Origin: Camelus ferus
Lineage: Eukaryota
DNA length: 64,000 nt
Assembly (NCBI RefSeq): GCF_009834535.1
Contig: NC_045712.1
Coordinates: 43,400,001 to 43,464,000 of the forward strand
Direction of reading: 5' to 3'
The position numbers were made by a program, and so were the translations under genes. Every line of letters begins with the position of its first letter. The stretch's first letter is position 1. Positions 39,051-48,020 of this stretch are shown piece by piece. A model generated the notes under the pieces. It was given only the letters and a program-made list of their open reading frames with translations. It did no database searches and was not told where the DNA came from.

Positions 39051-41286
39051 AAATAAATAAATAAATAGAAGAGAGAGCTGCTTTATTGCTTAGAGAGAGA
39101 AGTAAAAAAAGAAAACCTTAGAGAGGGGAGCCATCAGCTGGTCCAGACAGCTCCAGCCCCTGATCGGGCGGCAGGGTCTTTTATTGGAAGGCTCTGCCAT
39201 CCTTATCTTCATTCCAGTGGTGCCAGTCTTCTATTACTGGCTCTTTCCTCCAGTAGAACTCAGCCCTAAAACAGAAACTTTGGCAGGGGATAAAAAAGAA
39301 CAAAGAAAGAGATACTGGGGTATGTCCTTGGGATTGATGCAGCAGTGGTGGAACATAAAATGTCCTGGTGTTGGACTGTGTCCTTGGAACCAAGAAGCCA
39401 GCTGCAGGATAAGAGAAACAATCTGTTTTTTAACGGCTTGGCACTTGCTTTCCCTTGTTCATCAGCCAGAGTCAGTAAGCTTGTCATTACTTCCTCATTA
39501 GCCATGTCTTAGCAACACTGGGTGGAAGTTATGTGTAAAATTAGTGAAGTTATGCATTTTTAAATCATTCTATACTTCAGACACTTCATTTTTTTGTTTT
39601 GTTTTGTTTTAGTACATGTTAGTTGGTATCACTTTTTTTGTTTGCTTTTTCTTTTGGGGGGAAGTAATTAGGTTTATTTAATGGAGGTACTGGGGGTTGA
39701 ACCTAAGACCTCGTGCATGCTAAGCATGCACTCTACCACTGAGCTATACCCTCCCCCTCCAGTTTTTTTTTAAAATGACATTTTGAACGAAAGCTCCCTT
39801 GAAAGGCTTGCCATTGGCTGTCTCTACAGACACACAGGACTGTGTCAAGCTGGCTCTGATGGTAGTTTCTGCTCATGGCGGTAGATGCTTCTCCTCTGGG
39901 GAGGCAGAGACACGCTCTTGGGAGACGAGGTTTTGGCTCTAGTACTGAGTTTCCTGGTCCCTGCAGCGACCCCCTCACTCAGGACCCTGGTTCTTTGGTT
40001 CCCTAGCGGAGGAGGTCATGGCACGGCTGGTCAACATCCTGATCCCGTCCGTCAGTGATGCGCGGGAGTGGCTGCGGAAAACAGAGATGCACTTGAAGGA
40101 GGAAGGTGAGGAGCCCTTCATCCCAGGGCGGTGCTCTGGGTCTCATGGTTCTTGGTTTTGCTGGGTCCCAGGTCAGTGTGAGGGGCGCTGCCTACGACGT
40201 GAGCAGTGGTCACTCACCACCATCTAGGAGCATGGCCCCTGGGTGAGTCAGATTATTGACAACCTAGTGTCTGAGTTCCCCATCTGACTGTGAGGGTTAT
40301 TTGGGGCTCATGCCAGCTGCTTTCTCAAAAATTTTTGCCACTCATGAGCTGCTAATGAAGTTCCATACAGTAGAACTTCCTGCTCCATATGGTGATTCCC
40401 AGGATGGACAAAGTGTCTCCAAGCCATCCCTTGATAAATGTTTGCCTGTGCAAACCACTCATGTAAGTCAGTATTTATTGAGTGTCTGGAATGTATCAGC
40501 ACTGTTCTGGGCTTGGGGATAGAAAACAAATTTGTGAACAAAACAGACAAAATCATTGGGGAAACATGCATGTGTCTTCCTACTGAGGGTTGAAGGCTAG
40601 TGTAGAGTGAGTTGGGTTTCTTTCTTGACAGTCAGACTTATCTTGCCAAGTTCTCTGCGGTCTGGAGTCTTCCCTCCTGCTCAGCCCAATGGCTGCCCTT
40701 TCTTGGTGGGACCTTATTTTTTCTTCCTCCAAATATTTCACCTGCCCTGGATGCCATTGTGTGAGTCTTTGTAATCCAGATGCTACTGGAAAATCCAGAC
40801 CCTGGAGCTGGAGGAGACTTGGACAACACAAATGTCTGTGCCAGTAAAAAACAAAAAAATCTTTAAAATATAGCCCCTGGTGGCACTGTGATTTTTGTGA
40901 TTGTTTCATAAAGAAGACAGCTGGTATCACAACTCAAGACTGCAGTCGAGTTTAGGTTTTGTTTGGCTTCTTTTTCATATAAGGGGCCTCTAAAATAAGG
41001 CCAGAGGAACTAGCCTATAAAAGAACATTCCAGAGAAGGGTGTTTACTTTGGCTCTGGCTTTTTTTTTTTTCTTTAAAATAACGATTATAGAGACATTAG
41101 GTTTTACTAGGATGTTATATTTTGCAGTGGAGTGAAAAAAAGAATCATTATTCTGCACTGTATCTGTTTCTTACTTTTTAAACAGGTATCGTTCAGGAAG
41201 AGGATTACGAAAATGAAGCTGAGGACTTTGATGAGCTCCAACCTAGGAGGCGTTTTCAGAAATGTGCGAAGCAGAGAAAATACTAA
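2777..41286 (+). CDS. TRANK1: TRANK1 (TPR and ankyrin repeat-containing 1 / LBA1), 5'-partial. join(2777..2947,8321..8479,9226..9480,11040..11216,11875..14784,18731..18930,19406..19543,23061..23207,24307..24463,27217..27305,29829..29932,30049..30181,34500..34645,35345..38411,40007..40105,41186..41286); five apparent +1 indels
   Basis: All 16 exons have AG/GT boundaries with matching phases. Total 8053 nt minus 5 inserted bases minus 2 leading nt = 2682 codons ending in TAA at 41284-41286. Translation matches human TRANK1 as I recall it (QTEDVQMLL..., GRSGTGKTTCCLYRLW, ...KQRKY*). Confidence 0.97.
4565..4680 (-). mobile_element. L1 3'-end fragment (cetartiodactyl type)
   Basis: ttattgaagggtagttgatttacaatgtt...tcaggtgtacagcaa. 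Confidence 0.75.
6385..6540. mobile_element. MER3-like hAT MITE
   Basis: gccactgagcacttgaaatgtg...actgaggaactgaaattttaatt. Confidence 0.65.
7045..7160. mobile_element. MER5A-like hAT MITE fragment
   Basis: gcctgttaaaatgcag...gcaggacctgagatactgcctttctcactagc. Confidence 0.6.
7824..8290. mobile_element. Old MLT1 LTR ending about 30 nt before a TRANK1 acceptor
   Basis: tatcagttacctacggctgtgtaacaaacgacccccaaacttagtagcttg. Confidence 0.6.
8321..8479 (+). CDS. TRANK1: TRANK1 exon (159 nt, phase 1-1) LSNGEGP...LLSSLQ
   Basis: ttttgcag|GTCTG acceptor, CAAG|gtaact donor. Confidence 0.95.
8604..8748 (-). mobile_element. Camelid tRNA-derived SINE (Vic-1-like)
   Basis: Reverse complement of the GGGGAGGG-ATAGCTCAGTGG...GGTTCGATCCCCAGTACCTC head plus A-rich tail. 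Confidence 0.85.
9226..9480 (+). CDS. TRANK1: TRANK1 exon (255 nt, phase 1-1) EIPPDLVYDI...HLIDRG
   Basis: ttgtttttgaaag|AAATT acceptor, GGAG|gtgagt donor. Confidence 0.95.
10015..10170 (+). mobile_element. MIR SINE
   Basis: actaactgtgtgatcttgggcacgctact...cctcatttataaaatgggg core. Confidence 0.7.
11040..11216 (+). CDS. TRANK1: TRANK1 exon (177 nt, phase 1-1), ankyrin repeat LLTKGADPRGISLTEGDTPLHAALH
   Basis: ctctgccag|CCTCG acceptor, AAAG|gtaggc donor; TPLH ankyrin motif. Confidence 0.95.
11535..11748. mobile_element. MER20 hAT MITE, full length
   Basis: TIRs cagggtttctca / tgagaatcactg; internal gccttggcactgttgac, tttagcaatctctggcctccacccact. Confidence 0.85.
11875..14784 (+). CDS. TRANK1: TRANK1 giant exon (2910 nt as sequenced, 2907 corrected): ankyrin, linker, RelE-like segment, UvrD helicase motifs I-IV
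   Basis: tctttcag|CTGAC acceptor, TCGG|gtatgt donor. Stitched from ORFs 11736..12470, 12430..13947, 13715..14311 and the frame of 14511..14813. Walker A GRSGTGKT 13444-13467, Walker B DEIQD 14544-14558, motif III GDTAQ 14625-14639, motif IV QNYRS 14763-14777. Confidence 0.95.
12426..12427 (+). other. Apparent +1 G frameshift in TRANK1 (GTA G GAA ATG)
   Basis: Homologous frame switches from ORF 11736..12470 to ORF 12430..13947; removing one G gives RQV-EMDPS. Confidence 0.85.
13741..13745 (+). other. Apparent +1 G frameshift in G5 run of TRANK1
   Basis: Removing one G gives CCT GGG GCC CAT GGG CAA (PGAHGQ), joining ORF 12430..13947 to ORF 13715..14311. Confidence 0.85.
14238..14239 (+). other. 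Apparent +1 T frameshift in TRANK1 (ATG ATTC AAA)
   Basis: Removing one T gives KM-I-KGKTSYNPALIWKEIKSFLKG, open to the exon end. Confidence 0.85.
15964..16103 (-). mobile_element. Camelid tRNA-derived SINE (Vic-1-like)
   Basis: A/B boxes, AAACCTAATTACC tail motif, T-rich tail on + strand. Confidence 0.88.
16857..16983 (-). mobile_element. Camelid tRNA-derived SINE with 16-bp TSD
   Basis: TSD ccacctcctctcttag (16841-16856) / ccacctcttctcttag (16984-16999), 15/16 identical. Confidence 0.9.
17240..17600 (-). mobile_element. L1MB-like 3' fragment
   Basis: ccagaacagttttgtcaccccaaaaagaaaccc...ggacatttctgataaatggaatcatgcaa. Confidence 0.75.
18731..18930 (+). CDS. TRANK1: TRANK1 exon (200 nt, phase 1-0) ILNLASGVID...FGAHQ
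   Basis: atcccag|GAATC acceptor, TCAG|gtgagt donor. Confidence 0.96.
18974..19122 (+). mobile_element. Camelid tRNA-derived SINE
   Basis: ggggagggtacagctcaagtggtagag...; TSD-like aaataaaaggc on both sides; TTTTT/AAA L1-endonuclease-type site; 43 nt after an exon donor. Confidence 0.88.
19406..19543 (+). CDS. TRANK1: TRANK1 exon (138 nt, phase 0-0), helicase motif V TVYEAKGLEFDDV
   Basis: cccctcag|GTGAT acceptor, CGAG|gtatgt donor; motif V at 19475-19504. Confidence 0.96.
20560..20770 (-). mobile_element. MIR SINE
   Basis: attacccccattctacagataagg...cattaagtaaattgcccatagtca. Confidence 0.65.
21592..21640. repeat. (TG)n microsatellite, about 24 units with one TA interruption
   Basis: Read directly. 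Confidence 0.95.
22013..22348. mobile_element. MER58B-like hAT MITE
   Basis: Ends agggtctgcaaact / aatttgcagactctg; gctcagaatggtttttacatttttaaatggtt. Confidence 0.8.
23061..23207 (+). CDS. TRANK1: TRANK1 exon (147 nt, phase 0-0) AYKEWKIISS...NPEMYK
   Basis: ttattcag|GCTTA acceptor, CAAG|gtgatt donor; translated by hand (not in ORF track). Confidence 0.94.
24307..24463 (+). CDS. TRANK1: TRANK1 exon (157 nt, phase 0-1), helicase motif VI LYTAITRAR
   Basis: ctctttag|CTCCT acceptor, AAAG|gtcaga donor; motif VI at 24331-24357. Confidence 0.95.
25700..25925 (+). mobile_element. L1 3'-end fragment joined to the 3' half of a camelid SINE
   Basis: tgtatagcacagggaactat...cttgtaataacctttaatg... then ttcaaccccagtacctccattgaaataaataagtaaatctaattatctcccc. 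Confidence 0.7.
26822..27160. mobile_element. MLT1A/B/C-type LTR
   Basis: tctggaggct-like ggaggctggaagtccaagatcaagg; tcttataaggacgccagtctgattggattagggtccac; attcagcccatagca. Confidence 0.78.
27217..27305 (+). CDS. TRANK1: TRANK1 exon (89 nt, phase 1-0) LDDSMFVKTSTPAEWIAQGDYYAKHQCWK
   Basis: cattttag|ACCTT acceptor, GAAG|gtaagg donor; start of TPR-like region. Confidence 0.95.
27820..28007 (+). mobile_element. Camelid tRNA-derived SINE with long composite A tail
   Basis: ggagggtatagctcagtggtagagcacatgcttagcatgcac...ggttcaatctcc; aaacctgattacctccc tail. Confidence 0.88.
28975..29430. mobile_element. Old MLT1 LTR
   Basis: ttttgctgcataacaacccc...agctcacagttctgtgggt. Confidence 0.5.
29829..29932 (+). 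CDS. TRANK1: TRANK1 exon (104 nt, phase 0-2) VAAKCYQKGG...KKVSP
   Basis: tattccag|GTTGC acceptor, CCAA|gtaaga donor. Confidence 0.94.
30049..30181 (+). CDS. TRANK1: TRANK1 exon (133 nt, phase 2-0) EKQVEYLELA...CERLGK
   Basis: ctcccag|GGAAA acceptor, AAAG|gtatgc donor; follows a 116-nt intron. Confidence 0.95.
30385..30775 (-). mobile_element. L1 3'-end fragment (cetartiodactyl type)
   Basis: tcaggtgtacagcaaagtgattcagttatacat...tagattccacatataagtgatatcatatgatattt. Confidence 0.85.
30938..31130. mobile_element. MER3-like hAT MITE
   Basis: cagccactaaccatgtgtggctactt...aaaaattcagtacctcc...tcaagtgctc. Confidence 0.65.
31290..31865. mobile_element. Nested L1s: + strand L1 3' end (about 31440-31790) inserted into an older - strand L1MA-like 3' end
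   Basis: Host halves read continuously across the insert (catagttata..aagatc | aagatctacactgttagtaactttcagatatacaatacagtattatt). Confidence 0.75.
31890..32460 (-). mobile_element. L1 3' fragment spanning the first assembly gap
   Basis: L1 3'UTR text before the Ns; tccgtgtcttggcaattgtgaataatg after. Confidence 0.75.
32184..32433. other. Assembly gap (250 N)
   Basis: Run of N. Confidence 1.
33990..34149. mobile_element. MER8/Tigger2-derived MITE
   Basis: tataagtggacccatgcagctcaaacccgtgttgttcaagggtcagctg-TA end. Confidence 0.75.
34500..34645 (+). CDS. TRANK1: TRANK1 exon (146 nt, phase 0-2), TPR-like IRDAAYFYKRSQCYEDAFRCFEQIQ
   Basis: gtcctag|ATAAG acceptor, GAAAA|gtaggt donor. Confidence 0.95.
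35345..38411 (+). CDS. TRANK1: TRANK1 giant exon (3067 nt as sequenced, 3065 corrected): TPR/helical solenoid with CCCH-like and split C2H2-like fingers
   Basis: ttgcag|GTATG acceptor, GACG|gtgagg donor; ORFs 35355..35723, 35680..37740 and 37703..38470 are consecutive pieces of one protein. Confidence 0.95.
35665..35666 (+). other. Apparent +1 C frameshift in TRANK1 (GCG GCCT GCC CGC)
   Basis: Removing one C gives CLL-AAARLNVARDSD. Confidence 0.85.
37700..37701 (+). other. Apparent +1 C frameshift in TRANK1 (CTC TCCT GTG GAC)
   Basis: Removing one C gives LNRLL-SVDPVGYFAEP. Confidence 0.85.
39015..39066. repeat. (AAAT)n tetranucleotide repeat
   Basis: Read directly. Confidence 0.9.
39633..39757 (-). 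mobile_element. Camelid tRNA-derived SINE
   Basis: Near-consensus reverse complement (ctctaccactgagctataccctcccc). Confidence 0.9.
40007..40105 (+). CDS. TRANK1: TRANK1 penultimate exon (99 nt, phase 1-1) AEEVMARLVNILIP...LKEE
   Basis: tccctag|CGGAG acceptor, GAAG|gtgagg donor. Confidence 0.95.
41186..41286 (+). CDS. TRANK1: TRANK1 last coding exon IVQEEDYENE...KQRKY*
   Basis: tttaaacag|GTATC acceptor; TAA at 41284-41286. Confidence 0.95.
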
Positions 41287-42738
41287 CATCCACACAGCTG
41301 CTGCTTCCTAAACCTTCAGAACATTCCATCCTGACTTAGAATTCCGCATCTGGGGCAGAAGAGGAAAAGCATGTATATTCGCATAAAAAAGTGGGGGTGG
41401 GGTGTCTAACAATGCCTTTGCTCTCTCTTCTTGTTATTTCTCTCTCACTGGTGGCTTAGGGTCTGACTGCTCCCTCAGAGCAGGGGCCTCTTTATAGAGT
41501 TTTCCAAGTTCAAGTCTAACAGGGCTACTTCCCCCTAAACCAGGCTCAGGTGAGAGGAGGCGCAGCTGGAGGGAACCTTGGGCCTCCTCCCCCCCAGGCC
41601 CCCGGGTTCTCTGGCTTGTTTTCACCATGACGTGGGTCAATAGCAGGGACGCCCCTCACCTCCGAGTTGCCGCTGCCCTGGCCTGCGAGCCACCCGCCTA
41701 TCTCCTCATCTCTGTTCACACCGCTGCATCATCAAGTAGTCCAAGTGCTGTGTGTGCCCAGGGTCCCTGTGGGCCCTGCCGCTGGCCACCCCTGACCCCA
41801 GGCCACACTGATCATCTCTGGGCCCACTGGTGGCGTCGTTCCTTCTGTTATATGTGTTAGTTAGCCTTTTCTCTCTGCGGCAGCTTTTCTGCCTGCCCTC
41901 CCTGCATTTTTGGAGACCATTCTCAGCTACCTGTGCAAGTCACAGTGAGACTACCTCAGCATGTAGTCAAGAATCCTCCCAACGTCTTTCCGGCAGCCAG
42001 CCTCAGGACCTTCCTTCTAGAAGGAAAGGCTGGGGGATGTTGCCGGGGGTACCCAGCCTGTCTCTCCAAGGTGGTGTCCTCTGCCTTGTCTATGGTGCAG
42101 ATATTTCAGAATGTGTTTTGTATGTAGCCTTTGGTGTCTGCTTGTCTTGGGTCTCCCTGGCAAGTTTACCATGCTTATCTGGCTGTTCCGATGAGTCCCC
42201 CACCCCCACCCCCGAGCTCACTGTGGGGACACCATGACCTGTGGACCTGGTTGGGGATACCATGACCTGGTTGGGGACAGGTAGACAGAGAAGCCAGCCT
42301 GACGGTGCTGGTCCTTAGGGATTTGGCTGTGAATCACTGCCCCGTGGGTTGTGGGCCTGTAACATGCAGGAGGCCATTGCTGCCTCCACTGAGCCATCAG
42401 TATGTCCTTTTTGGAAAGCCCTCCTGCCTCTCTCGTGGTCACTGCCCTCCCTGTCCCCCATGCCCCAGCTCGGCCTGGTGCAAAAGGTCAGGCTCACACT
42501 GGTCCATCACTGTTTTGTCATCACAGCAGAACCAGCCTTCTCCCCACGTTGCTGCTGCTTTTGCTGCTCATTGTTTTTCCTTCACTGTCTTTCTAAATGA
42601 CTCTTTCTCCTTGAAATGTAAGGTTTCTAATTTTTATTAGACTATGGTTCTAATTTTTATTCTAGGTGTTTTTATAAACTTCACTTACCAGGGTGGGGGG
42701 GGGAATCAAATCTTGCTGTAGTATCACATTTTTATAAA

Positions 42739-42744
42739 ATTAAA
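42739..42744 (+). terminator. Candidate TRANK1 polyadenylation signal ATTAAA (3'UTR about 1.45 kb)
   Basis: ATTAAA after U-rich sequence, followed by a GU/U-rich tract (tggctgtccatttattt); position inferred. Confidence 0.45.
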
Positions 42745-43629
42745 TCATTTCTCTTACATGTGGCTGTCCATTTATTTCCAATCTCAGCTCAGAGAGCAAA
42801 CGAGTGAATCTTGGAGATGGTTCTTTCCGGTCAGCTGGTAGATACTGACCAGGCCAGAAGTTTGCTATGCCTTCTGAAACTTAGAAACCCTGGGACCCAG
42901 AGACCTGTAGCCGTTTGCAGTGTCTCTTAAGGGCCTGCTCGTGTAAGCTCTTTGCCATTGGATGTTCTTGTGCAGGCAGGGTGTGGACTGGAAGGGGCTT
43001 TGTCAGTGCCTCTAACAAGAACATTTCCCTGGGAGGCAGGAGACCTGGAATCGAATCCTAATCATACCCCAGGGAGCTGTTATAACCTGGGACAAGTTAG
43101 ACCCATTCAACACTCCCCGAGGGCACCATGTGGCACCATCCCTGGGGAAATCAGGGTCTGGTGTGGGAGAGAGATGGAGACAGAGGTGTGTGAAGCATGG
43201 GTGGTTGCAGCATTTACATAACCCAGCTGGGCCTCGCTTTCTCCTGGGAGTGGTCTGAGATGCCAGCCTGCCCTGATGCAGAGTGCTTTTGTAGGCTGTT
43301 GCCACTGGTTGGAACCCCCTCAGGTCTTGGGTCTGTGATCCTAGTGTTTGCCTGTGCTGGGCAAGCAGGACAGCTGAGTCTTGAAAAGCAAGAGTCCAAT
43401 CTTGTGCTTCAAGGTCCAGGAGGCTCAGACCTGGGCTGGACTGTCCCAGTACCTCCTCCACCAGCGCTCACCAACAGAATGACCTGGAGACAACCACCCT
43501 GCTAGGGTCCTTACAGCGTAAGCATGGAGTATATGGGGAGGAGACCAGCATTTAGCAGCAGGAGCCGTCATTCCCATTGATGACTTAAGTCCTGAGTCCC
43601 AGTCCTGCACTTGGGGCTTTGGTGTCCCA

Positions 43630-43975
43630 GGTCTTGCCTGGAAGTCAAGGGTAAGGGAGGGTTTCAGGTGCTCACGACGACTCCCAGGTTTGGTAGATCA
43701 CTAGGAGAGCTCAGCATACACTTGTGCTCACTGCTCTGATTTATTACAGCAAAAGCATTAATACCAACCACCACTGGCAAAGGAAAAAGGCAAAGGGAAG
43801 TCTGGGGACACCAGCTACAGGCTCCCGAGGGTCCTTTTCCTGGTGAAGTCACACATGAAATGCTTCATTCTACCCCTCTCTCCCCCCAGCAACTATCTGT
43901 GACGTGTGAAATGTGGCCAGTAAGTAGCTTATTGGAGACTTGGCACTCAGGGTCTTCATTGAGGGTGGTTCTGTA
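43630..43975 (-). mobile_element. MER21-like ERV LTR fragment
   Basis: ctcccaggtttggtagatcactaggagagctcag...gatttattacagcaaaag...aagtctggggacaccag. Confidence 0.5.
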
Positions 43976-44989
43976 TCAAAGCCCCAGAGTCTCTGTGGAA
44001 AATACCATAAACCACTTGGTGGAGAATTAATAAAGCATTATTGTTTTATGCTACTAAGTTTTGTGTGGTTTGTTATGCAGCAATAAGTAACTGAAAAGGG
44101 CCTACTATGTGTCGGGTACTATTAGGCATGTTGCATCTGTGCTAAGTCTTAAAACAACTCTCCCAAATAGAGTCCTAATCGCTAATTTATAAGTGCGTAA
44201 AGTGAGCGGTCTGCCTGAGGTCAGCAAGCAGCATTTTCTGTTGGGAGCCCCTGTTGTTACAGTTTGCCGTTGGAGAAAAGGGTTTCATCTATCTTTTCCT
44301 CTGGCCTGTTAGGGATCCTAGAACCCTAATACTGGTACCTAATACCCTGAGGGGTCCTAGCACCCACCCTTAGAACCAAGCGTTTGTCACATTAGCTATG
44401 TCCCTCCAGGCCTTGACATCTAGCTGTCTGTGCAGGCTTCCCCAGCAGCTGAGACTTGGTTGCCAGGGCAACCTGCAGGCGGAGTTACTCTGATCACTTA
44501 GCTCCTGGGTTTTGGTGCCCCGGGGACACTGGCAGCCAGCACTCTTGGCCTTAACATTGTGGGGCCTGGGGTGAAAATATAAGAGAGGCCACTCTCCCCA
44601 TCCCTTCTCTTCCTGCCCTTTGCTTCATCCTGGACCACGACGGGCCTCTCTGGCATGTGTGGACATTGAAGCCACACAGCCAGGGTCATGACATATCTGC
44701 ACCCTCTTCTCCCCAAACAGCCGCCCTTGGCGACCTCAGTACATCAGCAGGGAAGAGGCCCAGGGCTGTCTGGGCGGGGCGCTCGTTGGTACAGCAATGT
44801 GACCCGGAGGCGGCTGTGGACTTGAACTCTTTTTGCAGGTTTGGAACACAATACTTAACTATGGACATACCACAGTACCACTTGTCCTGGTCATTTCTCC
44901 TCATGCGTCTTTCGCATTCAGGGTCTTGGCAGGACAGGAATCTGGCATTTGCGGGTTTTCCAGCCACGGCAACATTATAATCACCTCAA

Positions 44990-45360
44990 AGCCCAACTCC
45001 TCTCGCGCTCTCACCTGTGCGCATGCGCATGGACGCGCGCGCGCAGACGTGCACGTGCTCGCACTCCCCACCCACCACAGTTCTCCTGGCCGCATGCAGC
45101 CGGCTGACCGCCGTCTGAGGTAGCTTCAAAGTGTTTCTGGATCAAGACCGCGTCATTGCCGGAAATCTGTGTCCCCGAGGTTGTCCTTCAGGTCCTGAGC
45201 CCGAGGAGGGGTAAATCAACGCAGGAGGTAACTGCTCTCCCTCTGCCATAAATACCTTTCCTCAGCCCTCAGACTGTCTTTACCTGATCCTGTCATTCTA
45301 AGCATACTTCGGAGATTCCGCCTGTCGAGTGCAAGGCGGGGGGCGGGGGGGTGTGTGCTA
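44990..45360. promoter_or_regulatory. Small intergenic CpG cluster with NRF1, E-box, ETS and GC-box motifs (candidate promoter/enhancer)
   Basis: TGCGCATGCGCA 45018-45029, (CG)n 45034-45044, CACGTG 45052-45057, CCGGAAAT 45159-45166, GGGGCGGGG near 45340. Confidence 0.55.
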
Positions 45361-46409
45361 GGAGCCGTCTCCCCACCCAGCAGCCCCCATAACAGCACAG
45401 AGGGTAAGCGTTCACGAGAAGCCTCCCTGTTCAACCTGACAGACCTGCACGCCTTCCCCCGGCGGAGACACCAGGTCTGCCTCGTTCCCACCCACCACCC
45501 AGGAAAGTGTGTCTCCACACTTGCTGAGGGGGAGGGAAAGCCATCAGCAAGGTACCAGGCATCCTTTAGGTGGGTTGTTGAGAAACCCGTGACCTGGTTC
45601 TAAACAATTCTAACCCTATTCAGAACCCTAGGTTCTCTGCTGTAAGATGCCGTCTTACCCTCCTCAGTGGTGATGTGACCCAAATATCTGATAGGACCTT
45701 TGTGGGGGATGGGCTGCACTGGGGAAAGGAGAACTGTCGAGCCAAGCCATATGGTTGAAATCTGACTTCTGATACTGGCTATAGGAATTCAGGCATATTA
45801 TTTAAAATCTCTGAGCCCACTTGGGCATTTATACAATGGAAATAATGACACAAGCTTGGAGCTTGGTTGTCATTGCATTATCCTCCCTCCTCCCCTGCTG
45901 CCCTTCCGTAGAGGGACCAGGAATGTGAAAAGATTCCAGGGATCTATTTCCAGGGCAGGGAGGGATGGTCATGAAGGATGACGAGCTCTGGGGACAGAGC
46001 TGGGTCAGCTTTGTGTGGCCTGGACGGAGGTGGGGACATTTCTAAGAGGGCTTTGTTCCCGGCGGGCCAGCCTTCTTTTAGAGACTGAGACTATTTTTAA
46101 TCCAAGTTTTCATGATTCTGCAGGACAGCTGTTTCAGGGAAATATGTAGGCCATTCTGTGATATTTGGAGTCATTGTTTTAAGGTTAGGGAGTGGGATGG
46201 GGGAAGTGAATGAGAAAAACTCCCAAGTTTCTGGGAGGATCCACAGAGAGCTACACCTACCCTGCAGAATTCTGCAACCCAAATTTCCTTTGTGGCTACA
46301 CTTGAGTGTCTGAAGAGGTCGAGCTGATGGACATCTTTTTATTACGCTTCAAGTTGAAGGTCAATGTCTGTCTTTTTTCCATTTTTTAGCCATTCCATTT
46401 GCCAAACCC

Positions 46410-47200
46410 AAATCATGATGGAGAAAAGATTGGCAATGCCTGCATTGGTGAGGCTGTGGGGGCAGGGCACTCATACATACGCCAATGGGAACAAAAGCAG
46501 GATGATCTTCTTGGAGGGCATGCTGACAGCATCTATTAAAGTTAAAAATGGACTCACCTTTGGACCCAGCATTCCTATATTTTGTGTTTTTTTAATTGTT
46601 AGAATTTTTAATTGTGGTAAAATACACATAACATGCTACTCACCATCTTAATCATTTTTAAGGGTACAGCTCAGTCGTGTTACGTCCATTCACACTGTTG
46701 TGCAACCATCACCACTCTCCATCTCCAGAACTGTTTTTTATCTTACAAAACTGAAACTCTGTACCCATTGCACAACTCCTCAGTTCCCCTCCGCCCAGCC
46801 CCGGCAATGCCCATTCTACTCTGTGTCTACGNNNNNNNNNNNNNNNNNNNNNNNNNNNNNNNNNNNNNNNNNNNNNNNNNNNNNNNNNNNNNNNNNNNNN
46901 NNNNNNNNNNNNNNNNNNNNNNNNNNNNNNNNNNNNNNNNNNNNNNNNNNNNNNNNNNNNNNNNNNNNNNNNNNNNNNNNNNNNNNNNNNNNNNNNNNNN
47001 NNNNNNNNNNNNCTTTTAGGGATTTATATTAGAGAAACATTCTGACAAGTGTCCAGATAAACATTCACTTCAGGAGTCTCTGGGAGAGCACAAAATTAGA
47101 GACAACTCAAGTATTCAGCAAGGGCATGGCTGAACACCGTGAATGTGGTTCAGGTTCAGGTTTTAGAAAGATGTAAGCATGTTGGCATAGAACTGTGGCA
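46410..47200. mobile_element. Old + strand L1M fragment interrupted by a - strand L1MB 3' end containing the second gap
   Basis: tttggacccagcattcct | insert | cttttagggatttatattagagaaac joins into one L1 consensus phrase. Confidence 0.65.
46832..47012. other. Assembly gap (181 N)
   Basis: Run of N. Confidence 1.
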
Positions 47201-47479
47201 AAGATTAATTGCTCACTGAAAATTCCAGCTAAAGAGGAAGCTCTATGGTTCAATCCACTTTTGCTTAAAAAAAAAAAGAATTCTGAATTGTTGGTGGTGA
47301 CCTTGAGTACTCTGTAAGACTTGGAATTTTAAAAATAGTTTGGAGTCTATGTGTGGTCACAAAAACCAATAAAGATATCTTTAGATATCAAAATGGAGAG
47401 GAGCAAGGAGACACAGATTTGCTGCTCAAAGAGGTAGTTAGAGGAAAACGTGCTCCATCCACTCAGGTGCTTACAAAGC

Positions 47480-47770
47480 GATGTTATGTCATGTGTTCCA
47501 TGATGGTGATGATTGGAGCAGTTACCTTGGCTGATATGGACTTTACAGAACAGAGTAAAGTCAGTTAAGTCATGCCAGCCACGCTACCCTAGACCAGGTA
47601 GCCCGCAGCCAACCTATCAGCTAACTGGAGGTGCACGAGAGAGCCAAGAAAAAAGGAAATGCCCATCTGAGCCCAGCCTAAATCATTCACTCATACAATC
47701 ATGACCTAAATAAGTGATTTTAAGTGACTACGTTTGGGGGTTGTTTGTTACACAGCAAAAAATAACTGAC
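47480..47770 (+). mobile_element. MLT1F/G/H-type LTR 3' part
   Basis: gcccatctgagcccagcctaaat...tttgggggttgtttgttacacagcaaaaaataactgac. Confidence 0.7.
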
Positions 47771-47779
47771 TTCCCAGCT

Positions 47780-48020
47780 TGCAACAGTGTGGTATAGTAA
47801 ATGAGCATAGGTTTTGGTGTCAGACAGACCTGGGTTCAAATCCTGTCTTTGTTGATTATGATCTTTGTGGTCCTGGAGAGTCACTTCATCTAATTCATTG
47901 CTGAAACCAGCATAGCAATTTCCACACATAGGTTGTGAGGGGTAAATAAGATCATTTGTATAAAGCTAGCAACCTAGCACTTAGTGCATAAGAGATGCTC
48001 TATAACTGAGGTTCTAGCTA
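47780..48020 (+). mobile_element. MIR SINE
   Basis: gtgtcagacagacctgggttcaaatcctgtc...ggttgtgaggggtaaataagatcatttgtataaagc. Confidence 0.75.

Noticed and set aside
2777-41286. Calling TRANK1 a pseudogene
   Set aside because: The only lesions are five same-sign single-base run extensions; no nonsense codons, intact splice sites and catalytic motifs. Sequencing error is more likely, pending read check.
42220-42280. Short imperfect tandem duplication (accatgacctg / gacctggttgggga) in the 3'UTR
   Set aside because: Two copies of 11-14 bp, consistent with ordinary slippage; no structure or motif evident.
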